Positions 36,346-50,285 of a DNA stretch of 64,000 nucleotides are shown here, in pieces. How positions within the stretch are numbered: the first letter of the stretch is position 1; each line of letters starts with the position of its first letter. The stretch is from Paraphysomonas bandaiensis (Eukaryota > Protista > Chrysophyceae). A program made the translations under genes and the position numbers. The stretch is from the NCBI GenBank assembly GCA_965644295.1, contig CBFFRP010000433.1, forward strand, positions 1-64,000. The letters are read 5' to 3'. Below the pieces are notes generated by a model. It saw only the letters and a program-made list of their open reading frames with translations, ran no database searches and had not been told where the DNA came from.

Positions 36346-38758
36346 TGTCAAGCAAATAACGTATGGGACTCAAATCAAGTATTAGTTAGGTACCCACCCG
36401 GACCCCACCTGAATCTACCTAGGTACGCGCTCAGAATAGGGCAGTAACACTTCGTCAGTAGTAATGACCTGGTAATAGACTCTGCTGTAGTTATGATGTA
36501 AAAATTGCACCTTGGAAATGTCATAAGTCAGCTTCAATGATAGAACGAAAATGAACAATCATGTTATAGAGCAGTGGAGCTCACAGATGAGGAACTGTTC
36601 GGATGTATGCCGGAGCGGCTTCGTCTTTTGCCGCACAAAACTCGAGGAAAAAGAATATATAGGTATCAAAATCTGTCAGGGAAACAGCTTACATTAGATG
36701 AAAAGCTGTGGCTCCTCAGGGAAGCTGACTTTCAGTTTGGAGACAGACCCGACTAAATTCGAACAAAGAAAGGGCTTGTTCGACGATACGGTTTATATAA
36801 GAAGTTCATCGCAAAAAAGAAGAAAATCACGTAGCCAAGAACCGAGGTCGCTGGCGGGCTGCTTCGAAACCAGATCAATTAGCAGAGCTAAATCGCTCGA
36901 AATAATGAAGATTAAACCTCATATGGCCAGGTGCGAAACTTATAAGTGATGAAGAGGTCGGAGATAAAAGTTAGAGAGGAATCGTTTACCCAGAGTGCGA
37001 AGGAAAGTTAGTAGGACATGCAACAGCTTTGAAGTGTATCAGAGCTCACAATTTAACAGTCGGGAATCGACAGCCCATATAAGATAATATGTTAAAAGCA
37101 TGCAAATATCTATGTCGTATGTGTGGCATTCCGAAGGTATTAAACCTTGTACCACCACCATTAGCCGTGATGATCTCACGCTTGTTCGACATTAGGGGCC
37201 CATTTCTTTCTAATGGCCACGGGATCTCTGGCAGCCATCTCTGCTTTGTACCTTTCAACCACTACTTCATGATAGAAAGCAGAGATGGCTGCCAGAGATC
37301 CCGCGGTCATTAGAAGGGCCGAGGCCGAGGACTTCATAAGGAAGCTGCAGGACAGCAACAGCTTTCTGATAAGGCGAAAAGGGTAAGAATTAGATGTTCC
37401 GCACATATTCCTAACCAATGTAATTAGTGGCGAGAGTAGTGTTAGTGCTGTAATAAATTATAGGCTGGTATCGTCTAGTGATTGCCCCTTTGTAGTTACA
37501 TAACTACTTGACTAATACTTGCGTGTAAACTCATACCAATAAATGTGTTTTCGATAGTATGCTGTTTTTATATTCATATAATTCAAGAAAATACTTCGAC
37601 GCTAGCCAACATATAACTTGGAATGTGTTAATAAAATTCAGCTACTGTTCTCCTTCGTAGTTTAGAATTAGCCATGTGTGGTAAAAATAAACTTATGCTT
37701 TATACCTCTGCTTCTTGTAGATGCATATTGCCAACAATCGTTGTAGTATTTAAGACCTTCGTATGTACCTACTACCTACTTCTTTAACAAGTGCTATACT
37801 TACACGAGTTAGCCTCGATTACAATGATATATTATTATTATTATCAACATCTACATGTCAACACACAGAATGTATATATATGTGCATACAAACAATCACA
37901 CAGGTGACATATTCTCATACATAAGGTCACAAGTACAAATGTTCCAACACTGACGCTTATATTTAGCATTGTAGGAATCTACAACGTAGACGAAAAGGAG
38001 ACATATCATGGCAACAACTGCATTGTAAATGTAACAAGTCCCCAATAACGCTGAATGATTACCACATATTAGGTAAGACATATATGACACGAGTGAACAC
38101 ATGCTTTCTGTTACTCCGCAGCACTCTAACATCTATCATGGGATGCCTGCAACAAACAAGAAGCTAGTAATGGGCAGTGCAACAATAATGTATAACGCCC
38201 AAAGAAGCCCAAAAAGTGTAAGAGAGCTCTTTCTACAAATAATGTCGCTTATATTCCATTTGTTAGGTCGGTCCTGGAACTGATAAGCTGCCTCAGTTGG
38301 TGACAAGGTAGCATATCGACGAAATTTCTATGGACGGCAGTGATGCACCTAACTCTAATCAAATTGATTGATATGGCTTACCAATGCCCTCCATCCATTG
38401 CTATGACATATTATTTGGGAATGTCCCAATTTATGGAGAGTATATGACCTCACAGTACACTGTGTGGGATTGTATCATGTAATTGTATTTTTGCAACATA
38501 CTGCTGTGCACGTACAGACACAAAGCATATATAGCAGCAATATTTTTGAACAAAAATCAATCTAGAAAATACAGCTTTTCAAAACAATATATAAGAATAT
38601 GGTAGTTTTGAAATTTGAAATCTAAACTGCTTTCCTTCCAGTGTATATACAGTATATATATATATATGTAGGTATGTTCAATGGAGTTGTCATCATAACT
38701 ATCGTCTAGTAGTTTAGAACTATATATTAGTTTAGTGATATAAGATATATACATAAAT

Positions 38759-39271
38759 ATGGATCGTCCAATAGAAACTATTGCAATTGCAGAAGGAGGA
38801 GATGATATGGATTTAAAATCAGCTGTACGTAATGCTTTAAATAATAGAGGAACCATATCAGAATTACGTGCAAGAATACGTGCTGAAATATATCATGTAT
38901 TAGAAAACAAAGACTCAATAATAAAAGATGCACCATCTAAACCACATGATGTATACTTAGCTTATGAATTGATAAGGGAAATGTTAATGTCATTTGGATT
39001 AAATAATTCAGGTAAGATGTGTATAGTTTGTTGACATTCTATTATTTATATGTACTTTACAGCTTCTGTGTTTATGGAAGAAAGTGGAAGTCACAGCTCA
39101 GAAATGCAAGTGAACAGAGAATTCTTAGCTTCTGAATTGGGTATGCGAACGAACGACAGTCAAGATGGAGATATTCCACTCTTACTACTGATTATACGAA
39201 TGCTGAAAGAAATGCGTGCTGAGCGTATTGATGGTCTTGCTCTACCTTCAGAGCAATCCGAAAATATTTAG
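38759..39271 (+). CDS. FOPNL: FOP N-terminal-like / FOR20 (CEP20) centriolar LisH protein; 1 intron
   Basis: LKSAVRNALNNRGTISELRARIRAEIYHVL, ELIREML..FG.NNSASVFMEESG, REFLASELG and IPLLLLII. Confidence 0.85.
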
Positions 39272-40296
39272 TAGATTGTAATGTAAATGTCTGATATGTG
39301 TCTAACATGTACGTAATATGAAATAATACGACTTATTAAAGTGGCAATAGTATTTATCTTGCTGGTGTTTAACAATCACACACGCACAAGATATACCAAC
39401 AGATTAATATCATTGATATCAACTATGATGTGTCTTCGCTTTTTCGTGTTACTATAGTCATGATGATAATTTTTTACCATAATTTCTGTATAGCTTATTG
39501 TATGATATATGCTACACAATAAACGAATAAATTGACAATAAGCTCTACTCAACTAAAGTGTACTATACCGGCCCGAAAAGTACTCCACGCTTTCATAGTA
39601 ACATATCATACATCTAAACTTTAACAGGCTTTTACATAAGCTTTACGGACGCTATAACCACAATATATGTATATATGTTGACCAGTATATTGGAAATTGC
39701 TCATTTTAAGCTAGATCACAGAGAGAATTTGTCGTAAGACTAGATAGATTTATTAATATCGTTTACACGAAGTTGTGATAACCAATACTAACTCATTTTA
39801 ATCTACGCATAATATTCTACATATCTTGAAAGATCAAACTATTTCAGTTTCTCATTATCATCATAGCATTTGTACATCACTACATTTCACTGTATTCTCG
39901 TACATTGTCTTCAAGTAACATTCTGAATATATACTAGAATAAGATCCATATTCTAATACAGTAACTCCCATATATAATATATCATACATCAGTAGCTGAG
40001 TTTACTTTCTTTGTAACTATTATCATCCGGTACAACTATGAGTTGGTTTTACCTTTTGCACACAAACAACTCACTTTAAACGCACAATATATAACATAAA
40101 CCGTATTGTAGAGAGTAGAACTCAGCAGTAGCCAGATTAAAGAAGCAAGTTACGTCCCACCCATGTACTATTGATATTAATAAGTTTGAAATTTAATTTT
40201 TAACACAGCCACAATACTTGAAGTACTACTTTGCTAGAGTCCCACTAGCTACGTATAAATTAAGTAATTGTGATTGGATCACGCAATGCAACTTGG

Positions 40297-41052
40297 CTAC
40301 GTTAAATTCTTTGATTTGGCGATTTCCCCAACCTTGGTGACGGTTCTATGAACGTCATCATGATAAGGAAGTTTTTGCATCTCTTCACACCATGCCTTCG
40401 CTGTGGAATGATCATCCAGTGACGAAAGTAGTTTTGATGATACAAGTTGATATACTTCACAGTAGGCCAATATGTCGGCGATCGTCGGCTCTGACATACC
40501 GCTTACGAATTTCCCCTGAGACAGGAATGTTTTTTCAAACTTTCCAACCATTTTCAATGCAAGCTCTTTGCGCTTAGTTTTAGCTGCATCATCTGATGGC
40601 TGAGCCATACCGAATATTTCTTGTAGATAAGGCCGCATAACTCTATGAGATATAAGGCGAGTGGAGTGATGGTGATGAGATAGGTACTCCGCAATACGTG
40701 CACGACGCTGACGGGTCTGCGTGTCGTTAGCGATTGGCCAGTACTGCTCCCAGTTATTCTTTTCACATAAATATTGCATGATTGCTGATCCTTCTGCTAG
40801 ATAAAATCCATTGTCATTGATTGCAGGTGCTAATGATAAGGGAAACAATGATTTGAAATCAGGTTTCTTTGTATCTCCTGCTAATGGCTCAACTTTTACA
40901 AAATCAAAAGGATGATCATGCATTTTAAGTAGCCATAACACAGCTCGTGATGGCTGAGAGACGTAATGACCATATACCACAACATTCTTATCAGAAAATG
41001 ATCTAATATGATAGGAATATACAGATACTCTTCGAAATGCTGTACGGAACAT
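40297..41052 (-). CDS. Glutathione S-transferase, theta-like, probable mitochondrial presequence
   Basis: SQPSRAV, P.I.DNGFYLAEGSAIMQYL and TIADILAYCE. Arg/Ser-rich N-terminus. Confidence 0.92.
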   Translation of the reverse strand: MFRTAFRRVSVYSYHIRSFSDKNVVVYGHYVSQPSRAVLWLLKMHDHPFDFVKVEPLAGDTKKPDFKSLFPLSLAPAINDNGFYLAEGSAIMQYLCEKNNWEQYWPIANDTQTRQRRARIAEYLSHHHHSTRLISHRVMRPYLQEIFGMAQPSDDAAKTKRKELALKMVGKFEKTFLSQGKFVSGMSEPTIADILAYCEVYQLVSSKLLSSLDDHSTAKAWCEEMQKLPYHDDVHRTVTKVGEIAKSKNLT

Positions 41053-41752
41053 TATATACTTTATATATATATTAATGAGAATCTTATATGGAGTAATTTA
41101 ATTATGATACGGAATGATTTTGCTTCTATGTATACTTATGCATGCTTTCAGGCAGTGTGTCTTCAGGTACTGTAAGAGGCGTATCGGCATCCTTTATATA
41201 TTTTCGTTCAAAGATGCCTCAAATATTGAGATAATAATTATCTGTATTCCAGCCGTAGTTGTATATCAGTTATATAGATTATATTTACTTCAATTTATTT
41301 CCGAAAAATATGATGATCGCGAGGAAGATCGATCCCTCCTGCTTTCATACAGTAACATATGGATATATCTCCATATAGAATTTCTATATTGTAGATATTG
41401 TGCGTATTTTCCCAAATATTTTAGCAAAAAAATTGCGATAATCGTACTCCAGTATTGCTGATATTCGTACTGTTGTACAAATTACACATAGACGTCGTGA
41501 TATACTGCTGTATGCTCTGCTGTATGTGTGAAATTCGTACTCCACTACTGCTGATTTTTGTACTGCTGTACCAATCATTTTATTATCATACACCTCCACG
41601 TACAATAGCTCTCTATATCCCGGACATACCTAACATGCAAATATTAAAGTAGAACATTCATCCCTCTCGACAATATAAACACTTATATGATATAATTCAA
41701 TATAAGCAATGCATTCCATGTTACACATTGATTGAATACAATCATATATCAT

Positions 41753-43452
41753 ATGAAACACATGTCAGTCTCTATTATATGTATATTATATACACTCCTG
41801 TTATCAATCAGCTCTATATACAGCACAACTGATTCCACTTCATTAACATACTCAGTCTTTATAGATGCAGGCTCTGCGGGTACCAGAGGTTAGAATATCT
41901 TACTCATTTGTATATATGAAATCCTCACTCATATATTGTATAGTATATATATATACATACAACATCGATTCCCCACTTGATACTTTAACTGAGATATCAA
42001 GCAAGAAAATTCAAACAGGTTTGTTAATACTAAGAAAATAGTTGTCATATAAATATATTTTATTGATAGCTTTGTCTTCCTTGTATCTAAATGAGGAGGG
42101 TCTGAGATCATTGATAGAATCCCTCACTGCTCATGCAAGTAAGTGGCACTAGCGCTTGGAATGATATTTTACTGACCGAGGCTTTTCACATATATGCAAA
42201 AATCAGAGCATCTTATCCCACGTGATTCTTGGGGACAAACCCCTATCAGCTTGAAGGCTACTGCTGGACTTCGGAGACTCCCACTAGCCTCCCAAGAGTG
42301 GCTGATGGAGCACACACGAAGTCTATTGTCATCCAGTGGCTTTCGTAGTCATCCTAATGATACTCGAGTAATCTCTGGACAAGAAGAAGCACTTTATGAC
42401 TGGATGGCAGTGGTAATTGCTTTCCAAACAAATGGCGCAGGTGGGTTCCATCTTGGTGCCGTGGACATGGGAGGAGCTTCGAAACAGATTGCATTTACTG
42501 TTGACCACTCCAATCCAATTATCGTTGATTCATCATGTGCTCCTGACTGGGTAATATCTCATAAAGAAGGAACTCGTGTTGGACTAGTGGCGAGATCTGT
42601 GAATGGTTTGGGGCTGATGGTCGCTATGGATGAAGTCCTCAGCCTCCACAATATTAGTGCATGTACACCAGAGGAGAATACTGACCAGATTGTAGAAGGT
42701 GTTGTTGGTGTAGATGGTACAATGCAACCTGCCAGTACACAAACTTGTCTCGATGGTAGTGCGAACTCTGTTGCACTCCACCCTTGTCTGGCAACGGGTG
42801 AATTTGCTACTGGCACAATTCACAACTATGACTACTCTTTACGTGGCGTCGGAGATATGGAGAAGTGCCTCGAGATGATTAGAGCCACCCTCTTACCTCG
42901 AATAGAGGAGGAAATTGACGTCAAGTGTATTCATGTTAGTGCCTGTGTTAATATGCTGCCTTTTATGTATGTCAAAATATTACATAATGCTGTACGCATC
43001 GTTTGCATATTTTCTTTTTTTTACGACGTGTGTAATGTACGTAGAGATATCGACCTACTGTGCTCGTTGCAATGGATAGTTTTCCCAAGATGGTCGATGT
43101 ATTAGGCTTGTCACACGACCCGAAAGGGCTGTCTCCATCGAAGCTACTGGATGCAGGGCGCAGGGTATGCGCAGAACCTTGGGAAGTGTTACTTGGAAGA
43201 TTTCCTGGCTACATGCCATATAAAGCTCAGCGTGCGTGCTTTGCTGCCGCATATATGTATTTTCTACTCACAGACGTGTATGGCGCTGGGCATGATGATG
43301 TTGGCAATGTATGGCCTTTGGATCAGCATTTAGACCATGAATTATCTTGGGTCCTTGGGGCCGCTGCGCTATCTACACTTCCGAATGAATTTGTAGCTTC
43401 TTTTGAGAAATCCTTTGAATCAGAAATTAGAGATGCAAATTTGAACAGCTAG
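41753..43452 (+). CDS. GDA1/CD39 apyrase (NTPDase), multi-exon
   Basis: Apyrase conserved regions IDAGSAGTR, LKATAGLR, ISGQEEALYDW, DMGGASKQ and SWVLGA. Confidence 0.92.
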
Positions 43453-43853
43453 TGTTTATCGCTTAATGTATTTAATTATCTCTTCTTATCATATTTTTAC
43501 TTTTCAGTGACACTGAATTGATTCGCTACCGATGGGACACGGGGTGTGCATTTCCATTGACGCTGCCTTCTTGGAACTCTGTAGGGCATAGAGTTTGTAG
43601 AAACAATAAATAGTTACAAAAGATTTCAGGTTATTATATGTTAGTAATCCAATATTTTGAGAACCAATAGTGTAATAATAACTCCAGAACTGCTGGAACT
43701 AGTGAAACGAATAATTCTGTTTGACACTCCTACTCTCCGGTCGCCGGTCGTAAGTACATTCTACCTTAGATATTTTTATGATCCCATCTTTATTTTCCTA
43801 TAATTGTGATAAAACCATAACACGTAAGACTGGAGTATCTAGTCTGTTTACGA

Positions 43854-44681
43854 CTAGCGTTTCTTCTGTTGGAAGGGACGCAATAAACGCCGTACTTTAT
43901 TCATCGATTTCTCATTGGGAGCATACACAATTACTGTGTTAGACGCTCCACCTTTTCCAAGAGTTCTAAATTTAAGATGACATTCTGGAACTTTTTCAGT
44001 GAGAGCCCTAATGTTTTTTCCTTTGGGGCCTATGAATCTGCCTATCTGTGTTTCATGAAGCTGTACAGAGGCGACAAGACATTCCCTAACGGCGTTCACA
44101 TATTCTTCTGAAATAGAGCTGGCTTCTAGCCTTTGAGATGAAGATGCATCACAATTTTGCCTGTCGTGTATTTGAAAGAGGTTTTCTACATCACCTGATG
44201 CCCACGTAATCATTTTCGGGGTCAAAGGACGAGTAGCCCAAAATCTGAGGTTTTCAACATAAACATTACTGTCCCGTTCATTATTTTGTGGTAAATCATA
44301 ATTGGAGAGTAAGTTATTTAAGCTAACTTTCACTCCACGAATTGCATAATCCCATGCCTGAGTGTCGTGAACATTAACTAATCTTATACCCAACAAGTGA
44401 TATAATGCATCTGAATCCATTTTACAGTCATGAATAATTTTCACAATAGAAATATCTTCAAGAATATTCTTTAATACATCAATCATTTCACAACAATTAG
44501 ATGTTAATTCATGTACATCAAATAAAAAGCATCTATCACGTGTAGATATCTGTATAATACATATTTCACCTGTACGACCTAAATCAACACCTTCACAATC
44601 TAATGCAAGTATAGTTTCATTACATAAATATTGATATATATCACATATAATAGAATCTTTATCTACAATAGTGATATTCAT
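43854..44681 (-). CDS. DEDD 3'-5' exonuclease (EXD1/Egalitarian-like) fused to a KH domain
   Basis: ALDCEG, IIHDCKMDSDAL, HDTQ, WATRPLT...WASGDV; KH motif IGRFIGPKGKNIR. Confidence 0.87.
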   Translation of the reverse strand: MNITIVDKDSIICDIYQYLCNETILALDCEGVDLGRTGEICIIQISTRDRCFLFDVHELTSNCCEMIDVLKNILEDISIVKIIHDCKMDSDALYHLLGIRLVNVHDTQAWDYAIRGVKVSLNNLLSNYDLPQNNERDSNVYVENLRFWATRPLTPKMITWASGDVENLFQIHDRQNCDASSSQRLEASSISEEYVNAVRECLVASVQLHETQIGRFIGPKGKNIRALTEKVPECHLKFRTLGKGGASNTVIVYAPNEKSMNKVRRLLRPFQQKKR

Positions 44682-45393
44682 TTTGATATATCTTCTTTTT
44701 GATGTTAATGTAATAGACTAACTCTTAATGTTATGGAGTGAGTGATATCTGAGCTGCTGATATAGTAGATAGCCACAGTGTGATATATCGAGATAGTACC
44801 CCATTTTGTCCTATATACGGACATATGGACATTTCAAGAATTTCCGGAGAATTACGTAGAAAAAAAAGTCGACTAGGTAGAAAAATCGCCCTTTTTCGTT
44901 GTTTACTGTGCCTGGTCGACTTTCTCCCAACTGGTATGGTACGAAGGCTCAAAACCCCAACTAAATAAACCAAAACTCAGGATTACTATGGAGAAATAAG
45001 CCACCTAAAAAGCACTAAATATTCAGTATTCAGAAATTCAGTTTCCTAAAAATAAGACCCACCCTGAGTATCGAAGGTATAGCATTACTAAAAAATAGGG
45101 GTTTTGGTGGTTTTGTATTGTAGATATTGATGTGTGCTGGTGTATAGAAGTCACTTCGAAGTTGTGTCAGTAAACAAGAACATGAAATCTTCTTTCACAT
45201 ACTACACCAGCACATACAGACATATGAGAGCACACACATATATATACATACATAGCAGCTATATATCACACCATCTCTAGACACTCTATACATACATATA
45301 TATATATAACCACATACCTCTTACTATTATATACCACAACTCACATCTCTCTCTCACACACACACACTCTCTCTTTCTCTCTCTATTACACAT

Positions 45394-47467
45394 ATGGAAC
45401 GTTTAAGTACAGATACATTACTACTCACATTATCATACTTAAATAGTTCCAATCTAATCAGATTTTCATATACATCACAATCACATCATACTATAAGTAA
45501 GCATGATATAATATGGAAACAATTATTATTAAATGAATTAAATATTAATGAAATCATTTATCCACCTAATCAATTACATTCTACAAGAGATTCAATATCC
45601 ATGTATCCATATTATCATTGTTTTTATCAATGGAAATATTCATTTCATGGATATCATATAAATGATGTGATGTTTATTAATGAATGGTGGAAACGTTTTG
45701 AATTATGGACTAAACAATATGCACCACTAATATTTTATTCATTAAATCCACCTGCTAGTGAAGATGATATCAATAGTATGGAACAGCAATATGGGAAAAA
45801 GATACCAAAATCTCTTCGACTCTTATATAGATTTCATAATGGACAGAGTCCTGGTAGCAGTACATGTGGCATGTTTGGAGGAACTCATTATTATGATACT
45901 CTTGTTAATGTTGCCTTATGCCCATTATCAAACCTACTGGAAGTAACACATGTCATTCATACGCGTCTTGCATCTATTGTAGCGGCGGAATTCCCATCTC
46001 CTCACTACAATGCCTATAATTATCAAATGACGACGAGTGAGAGAAGCATTTATAGGCCACCACCCGGTTTCCCAGATGTGTCACTTGAAGACTGCGTCAC
46101 GTTTGCTGTTAGTGCAAATGCAATATCTAAGGTGTTTTGTCTGGGTCCAGATGAGTACTCAAATAAGGGAGGGGCCGTGTATGTCAATTCAGGTACGTCA
46201 ATGCACAACACTGCCTGATAGAGTTGGATTATATGTATTCATATTGTGTCGGCAATGTCTTTTTGTAATAAATATAATTCAGAGGATTTCCGTACGTTCA
46301 CTCCGTGTCACCCATATGTCACCGATACTTCACGATGTTATTTATTTGATTGGCTGGATGAGTACATGAACAGGTAAATGTTATGTTAACGTATTATATC
46401 TCGCTGTAATGGTTAGTTTTGATAGACTAGAAGAAGGGGTGTATACTTATCAACCACTGGACCTTACGGATCCTATGAGACGATATCAACATGCCAGGCA
46501 TCACCCTCTAAGAGAGCCATATATAATCTCGTTGTTCCCACAGAAACCATTGTACAACCGCAGGTAGGTGGACGCAAGGTGTAATAGTCTTAATATGCTG
46601 ACTTCAATGCGTTTAGTAATCCGGCTTCAATGGAACCACCGAACTATGGCTCCACCGTTTCAGTTTCTAGAGGAGTAGAGCTGGTAGCATGTCCAGCTTT
46701 TATTCCAGATAGATCTGATCCTATTCGTCGGTGAGTGCGTATTCTTATAGATATGATGCGGTAATATGAAGTTTTATGATGTTACTTCGTTCACACTCGC
46801 TCTATTTTTCTTAGTTCCTATTATCGTTGATATTTCACTTTCTATCAAAATATATTTCCACGCACGGCACTAATATCGCTGCGAATATGTAGTTTGATAT
46901 GTTGATAACAGAAACTTTTTTTGGTCTTACTCTATACGCATGAGACTTTTACGGAATCATAATTCACGGCCAATTGAGTTGAATAAATGCCAGCTGTTAT
47001 CACGTCATTGGACTATATATGAACCCCCCACATTTGATTCGTTAGACACAGGGGGAAGATTCCAGCAGGTATGTGTATTAAATTTTTGTTCTGCTATGCA
47101 GCGTAAGTACGTGCTCTATACACTGCAGGTCGATGGGGAGGCTGTTGTAGGGCACTTTCCTATTCTATCTACCGAATACTCACAGCCTGATGATGAATCA
47201 GACGCTAGATGGTACTCATTGTAAAATATTATGCTGTTGTGTATTGTATACTCTGTATGTGTGATATATTCGCCATATTCATATCGCTGAATTCGTATGC
47301 AATTTAGGCCTTTTGCCTATCAGAGTTGCGTTAATGCTTCTTCTCAACCGGGATATTTTCGTGGTCATGTGGACTTTGTCCCGGGGCTCAAAACTTCTCC
47401 ATCTGGCGTCCCTTTCGATGCCTCTCTCAGTCAATTTACCTTGGGAGTGCCAGATTTTGTGTACTGA
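45394..47467 (+). CDS. F-box / SMI1-KNR4 / ApaG protein (SKIP16/FBXO3-like), multi-exon
   Basis: N-terminal F-box-like segment, SLNPPASEDDI..IPKSLRLLYRFHNGQ, and ApaG motifs YSIRM, QLLSRHW, VDGEAVVG and FAYQSC. Confidence 0.85.
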
Positions 47468-48263
47468 ATTAGTTTAGGATATGTGGTGCCCCAGTACATA
47501 TATTTTTCTGATACAGAGAGAGTATGAATTGGCCTAGGCATCGCATGTTATGGGTAATGAAGTATGTAGAGTGAAGCTATTTGCATAGCTACCATGAAAT
47601 ATAATACGCATTTTAGTATAGTTATTTATTTCGATTACATTTCTCATATTGCCTGGAGTATTCTGTGTAGTATCACTATCTAGTCAATTCTGCGTATAGA
47701 TGATTCAATTTTAAAAAAAAAACTGTTGAGTTTTGGTGCTTGAGAGCAATTGAAAGCTGTAATCTAAGACAACTTTTGAATTATGACTGTTATTGAGATG
47801 ATGGTAATCATAGTAGTGAACTGAAATATATTAAATGTATAAAATTATGTCTATGAAAATTATTTCAGTTGAGATAACACGAATTTGGCGAATGATAAGT
47901 AAGATTGATTATAATTTATAATTCAAGCATTGTGTACTTTGCGTTCTATTATTTAAGTCTTTATCACCTAATAAAACTTTGTCATTTTCTGATAAAAAAA
48001 TATAATTTATACTTCTCAGCTTTAAGAAGCTGTATGGATCTGTAGAAGAGAAAAACAGGGAATCTATTATACGAATTTACGCCTTACTAATAGATATAAG
48101 AATATTATCATTATTTATCGTATAGATGGAAAGCTTTTATCACTTTTTAAACAACCGGGAAACGTAGCGCCTTCCTTCTCATATATAACAATATCGATTT
48201 TGCATTCTTTTTCACTTTACCTCTCCCTTGATATATAATTCGTCTGACATATAAGGCGTGTAT

Positions 48264-50222
48264 TCAGATTTCAGATGATACCTCCGAGTAGTACAAGCGA
48301 GCAACACTGTAACTACTATGAGACTCCGGATATCCGCTACCTTCAAACAGTTCCAAAGAGCGTTGGAGCATGATTAGACCTTTTTCCTTCCTCTCGCCTT
48401 TTATGAGAGCTGTAGCATAGTTCAAATATAAAACCGCCATAGAGTGATGCTCTTTACCACCATACCACCACATCGATAATTGTATACTCTTTTCGAAATG
48501 CATAATAGCATCATTGTATTGCTCCAATTTTGCATACACTACACCCAGCAACTCCTGTATATTCACCAAGACTTGGTTACCGTAGGATATAGAAAGAGCC
48601 TTGTAAATGGTGAAAGCTTTTAAGAAGTATTCCAGCGAATCGAAGTTGTGATTCAAATACATATTAAGTAAACCCTTGTTGGTGTACAATAAACCCATAA
48701 CGCTTCCCTTCGATGTTGGTGAGTCTTCCCATATATCTAAAAGTTCATCTATTGTACTTTCTATTTGTTTGCTATACTTCAAAATATTTTCCTCTTTCTC
48801 TGCAATCATCAGCCCTATCCCGATTTCCATATTCACTGTTAGAAGCTGCCTCCACTCTGTATTGTCACTTATCCCTTCAGCAATGTATACCGAGCGTAAC
48901 CTGCTTGTATATGAGCTAACTGCCTGAAACCCTTTGCGAAATACTTGCAATGCCTGGCTATGGTGGCGACGATCTGATTTAAACTGAAATACTGCGAATA
49001 GTCTGAATAGAGTTATCGCAAAGAACCGAAGCTCATTTATGTTTATTTTCTCTTGCTTAGCTGCCTTCATTCCAAGTAGACGTATTGATGCTATTATTTT
49101 CGCATAATATACATCTAAGAAAAGTGTGCTCAAACTTTCACGAGAAGTTGATGACAACTTCAGAGACCAATCGTTACCCCTATTTGCCCATTCTGTGCAC
49201 AATTCTCTCCAAGCTCCGCGAAAAACAGTCTCTCGATATTGGTGTCGCTCTCCAGCTAAATGAAGTACAGGAGAATCTGACCGCCTATAAAGGAACGATG
49301 GGAAATCTGAATTCATCAAACCAGGTGGCAGGACATGAATATGAGACGAAAAATTGGAATCGAATCCTGCAATACCAAAATGAGATAGATTCAACGCAGT
49401 GTCATGAGATATAAGATCGAACACTGTCTGTTCATTATACAAGGATCGATTCCGATAGTTCCAATACAACTGTAGAAATTGTCGTGACCATTCTGTATTT
49501 CGTACAAGTATCGTTCCAGTATTAACTCGATTAAAGCTTCCCGCAGACATAAATATACGTGATGTAAGTACTTTATATGAATCAGCTGATATATATATAT
49601 CTGCATATGGATTACTATGTATAATCTTCTCAATTCTAAATTGCATATCAGTTATAATAACATCAGCATCTAACCATAATATATAATCATAGTGTTTAGC
49701 CCATTTATATAATGGATTCAAACTATCTATAAGTAATTTAATCTTATTCCATCGTATATCAGTTTCATTTGATTGATAAATCTGATCTGTATATATATGA
49801 TAAGAATAATTGTTATATTCACAATAGATTTCATTAATAGCTAATGAATATATAGAATAGTTGATGATATGTGTATCTGTATATGTTATGATAGCTATCC
49901 TCTTATCTCTATTACTATACGTACCACTACTATATGTATCATTATTATATGTATCATTACTACTACAAGTATTATTATTACTATAGAAATCTTCAGTTAA
50001 ATACCTTTCTAAGATACGTTCTGTGTTCCTCCAAGCACTATTGATCGTGACTTCATATAGATCACTTGGAGTATTAATTGTCATATTGCAGAGATCAGTA
50101 TGAATAATGCATTGAATATTATGAAAGTGAAATGAAAACCAATAAAAAAGATGAAAACCCCTGAAAAGTGTGTTAAATATATTCATAGGTATCACAAAAT
50201 CGACTTTTCGTAGCCTATTCAC
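48264..50222 (-). CDS. GT34 (GMA12/MNN10-like) glycosyltransferase with C-terminal TPRs; start probably 50186
   Basis: WNKIKLL, YDYILWLDAD (DxD), NTGTILVRNTEWSRQFL and NEQ. TPR-like helices at the C-terminus. Confidence 0.82.
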   Translation of the reverse strand: MNRLRKVDFVIPMNIFNTLFRGFHLFYWFSFHFHNIQCIIHTDLCNMTINTPSDLYEVTINSAWRNTERILERYLTEDFYSNNNTCSSNDTYNNDTYSSGTYSNRDKRIAIITYTDTHIINYSIYSLAINEIYCEYNNYSYHIYTDQIYQSNETDIRWNKIKLLIDSLNPLYKWAKHYDYILWLDADVIITDMQFRIEKIIHSNPYADIYISADSYKVLTSRIFMSAGSFNRVNTGTILVRNTEWSRQFLQLYWNYRNRSLYNEQTVFDLISHDTALNLSHFGIAGFDSNFSSHIHVLPPGLMNSDFPSFLYRRSDSPVLHLAGERHQYRETVFRGAWRELCTEWANRGNDWSLKLSSTSRESLSTLFLDVYYAKIIASIRLLGMKAAKQEKININELRFFAITLFRLFAVFQFKSDRRHHSQALQVFRKGFQAVSSYTSRLRSVYIAEGISDNTEWRQLLTVNMEIGIGLMIAEKEENILKYSKQIESTIDELLDIWEDSPTSKGSVMGLLYTNKGLLNMYLNHNFDSLEYFLKAFTIYKALSISYGNQVLVNIQELLGVVYAKLEQYNDAIMHFEKSIQLSMWWYGGKEHHSMAVLYLNYATALIKGERKEKGLIMLQRSLELFEGSGYPESHSSYSVARLYYSEVSSEI

Positions 50223-50285
50223 TTCTTTGGTATAGTTGAATCAGAATTTACCTTATCTGAACTTCGAATCAATGATTCCAAGAAG

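Noticed and set aside
36550-37420. Coding-like stretch with several short ORFs
   Set aside because: Multiple stops and no recognisable domain; probably a decayed gene or TE, but not supportable.
37896-38400. Possible small membrane-protein gene on the minus strand
   Set aside because: Hydrophobic fragments are separated by stops and no consistent spliced model could be built.
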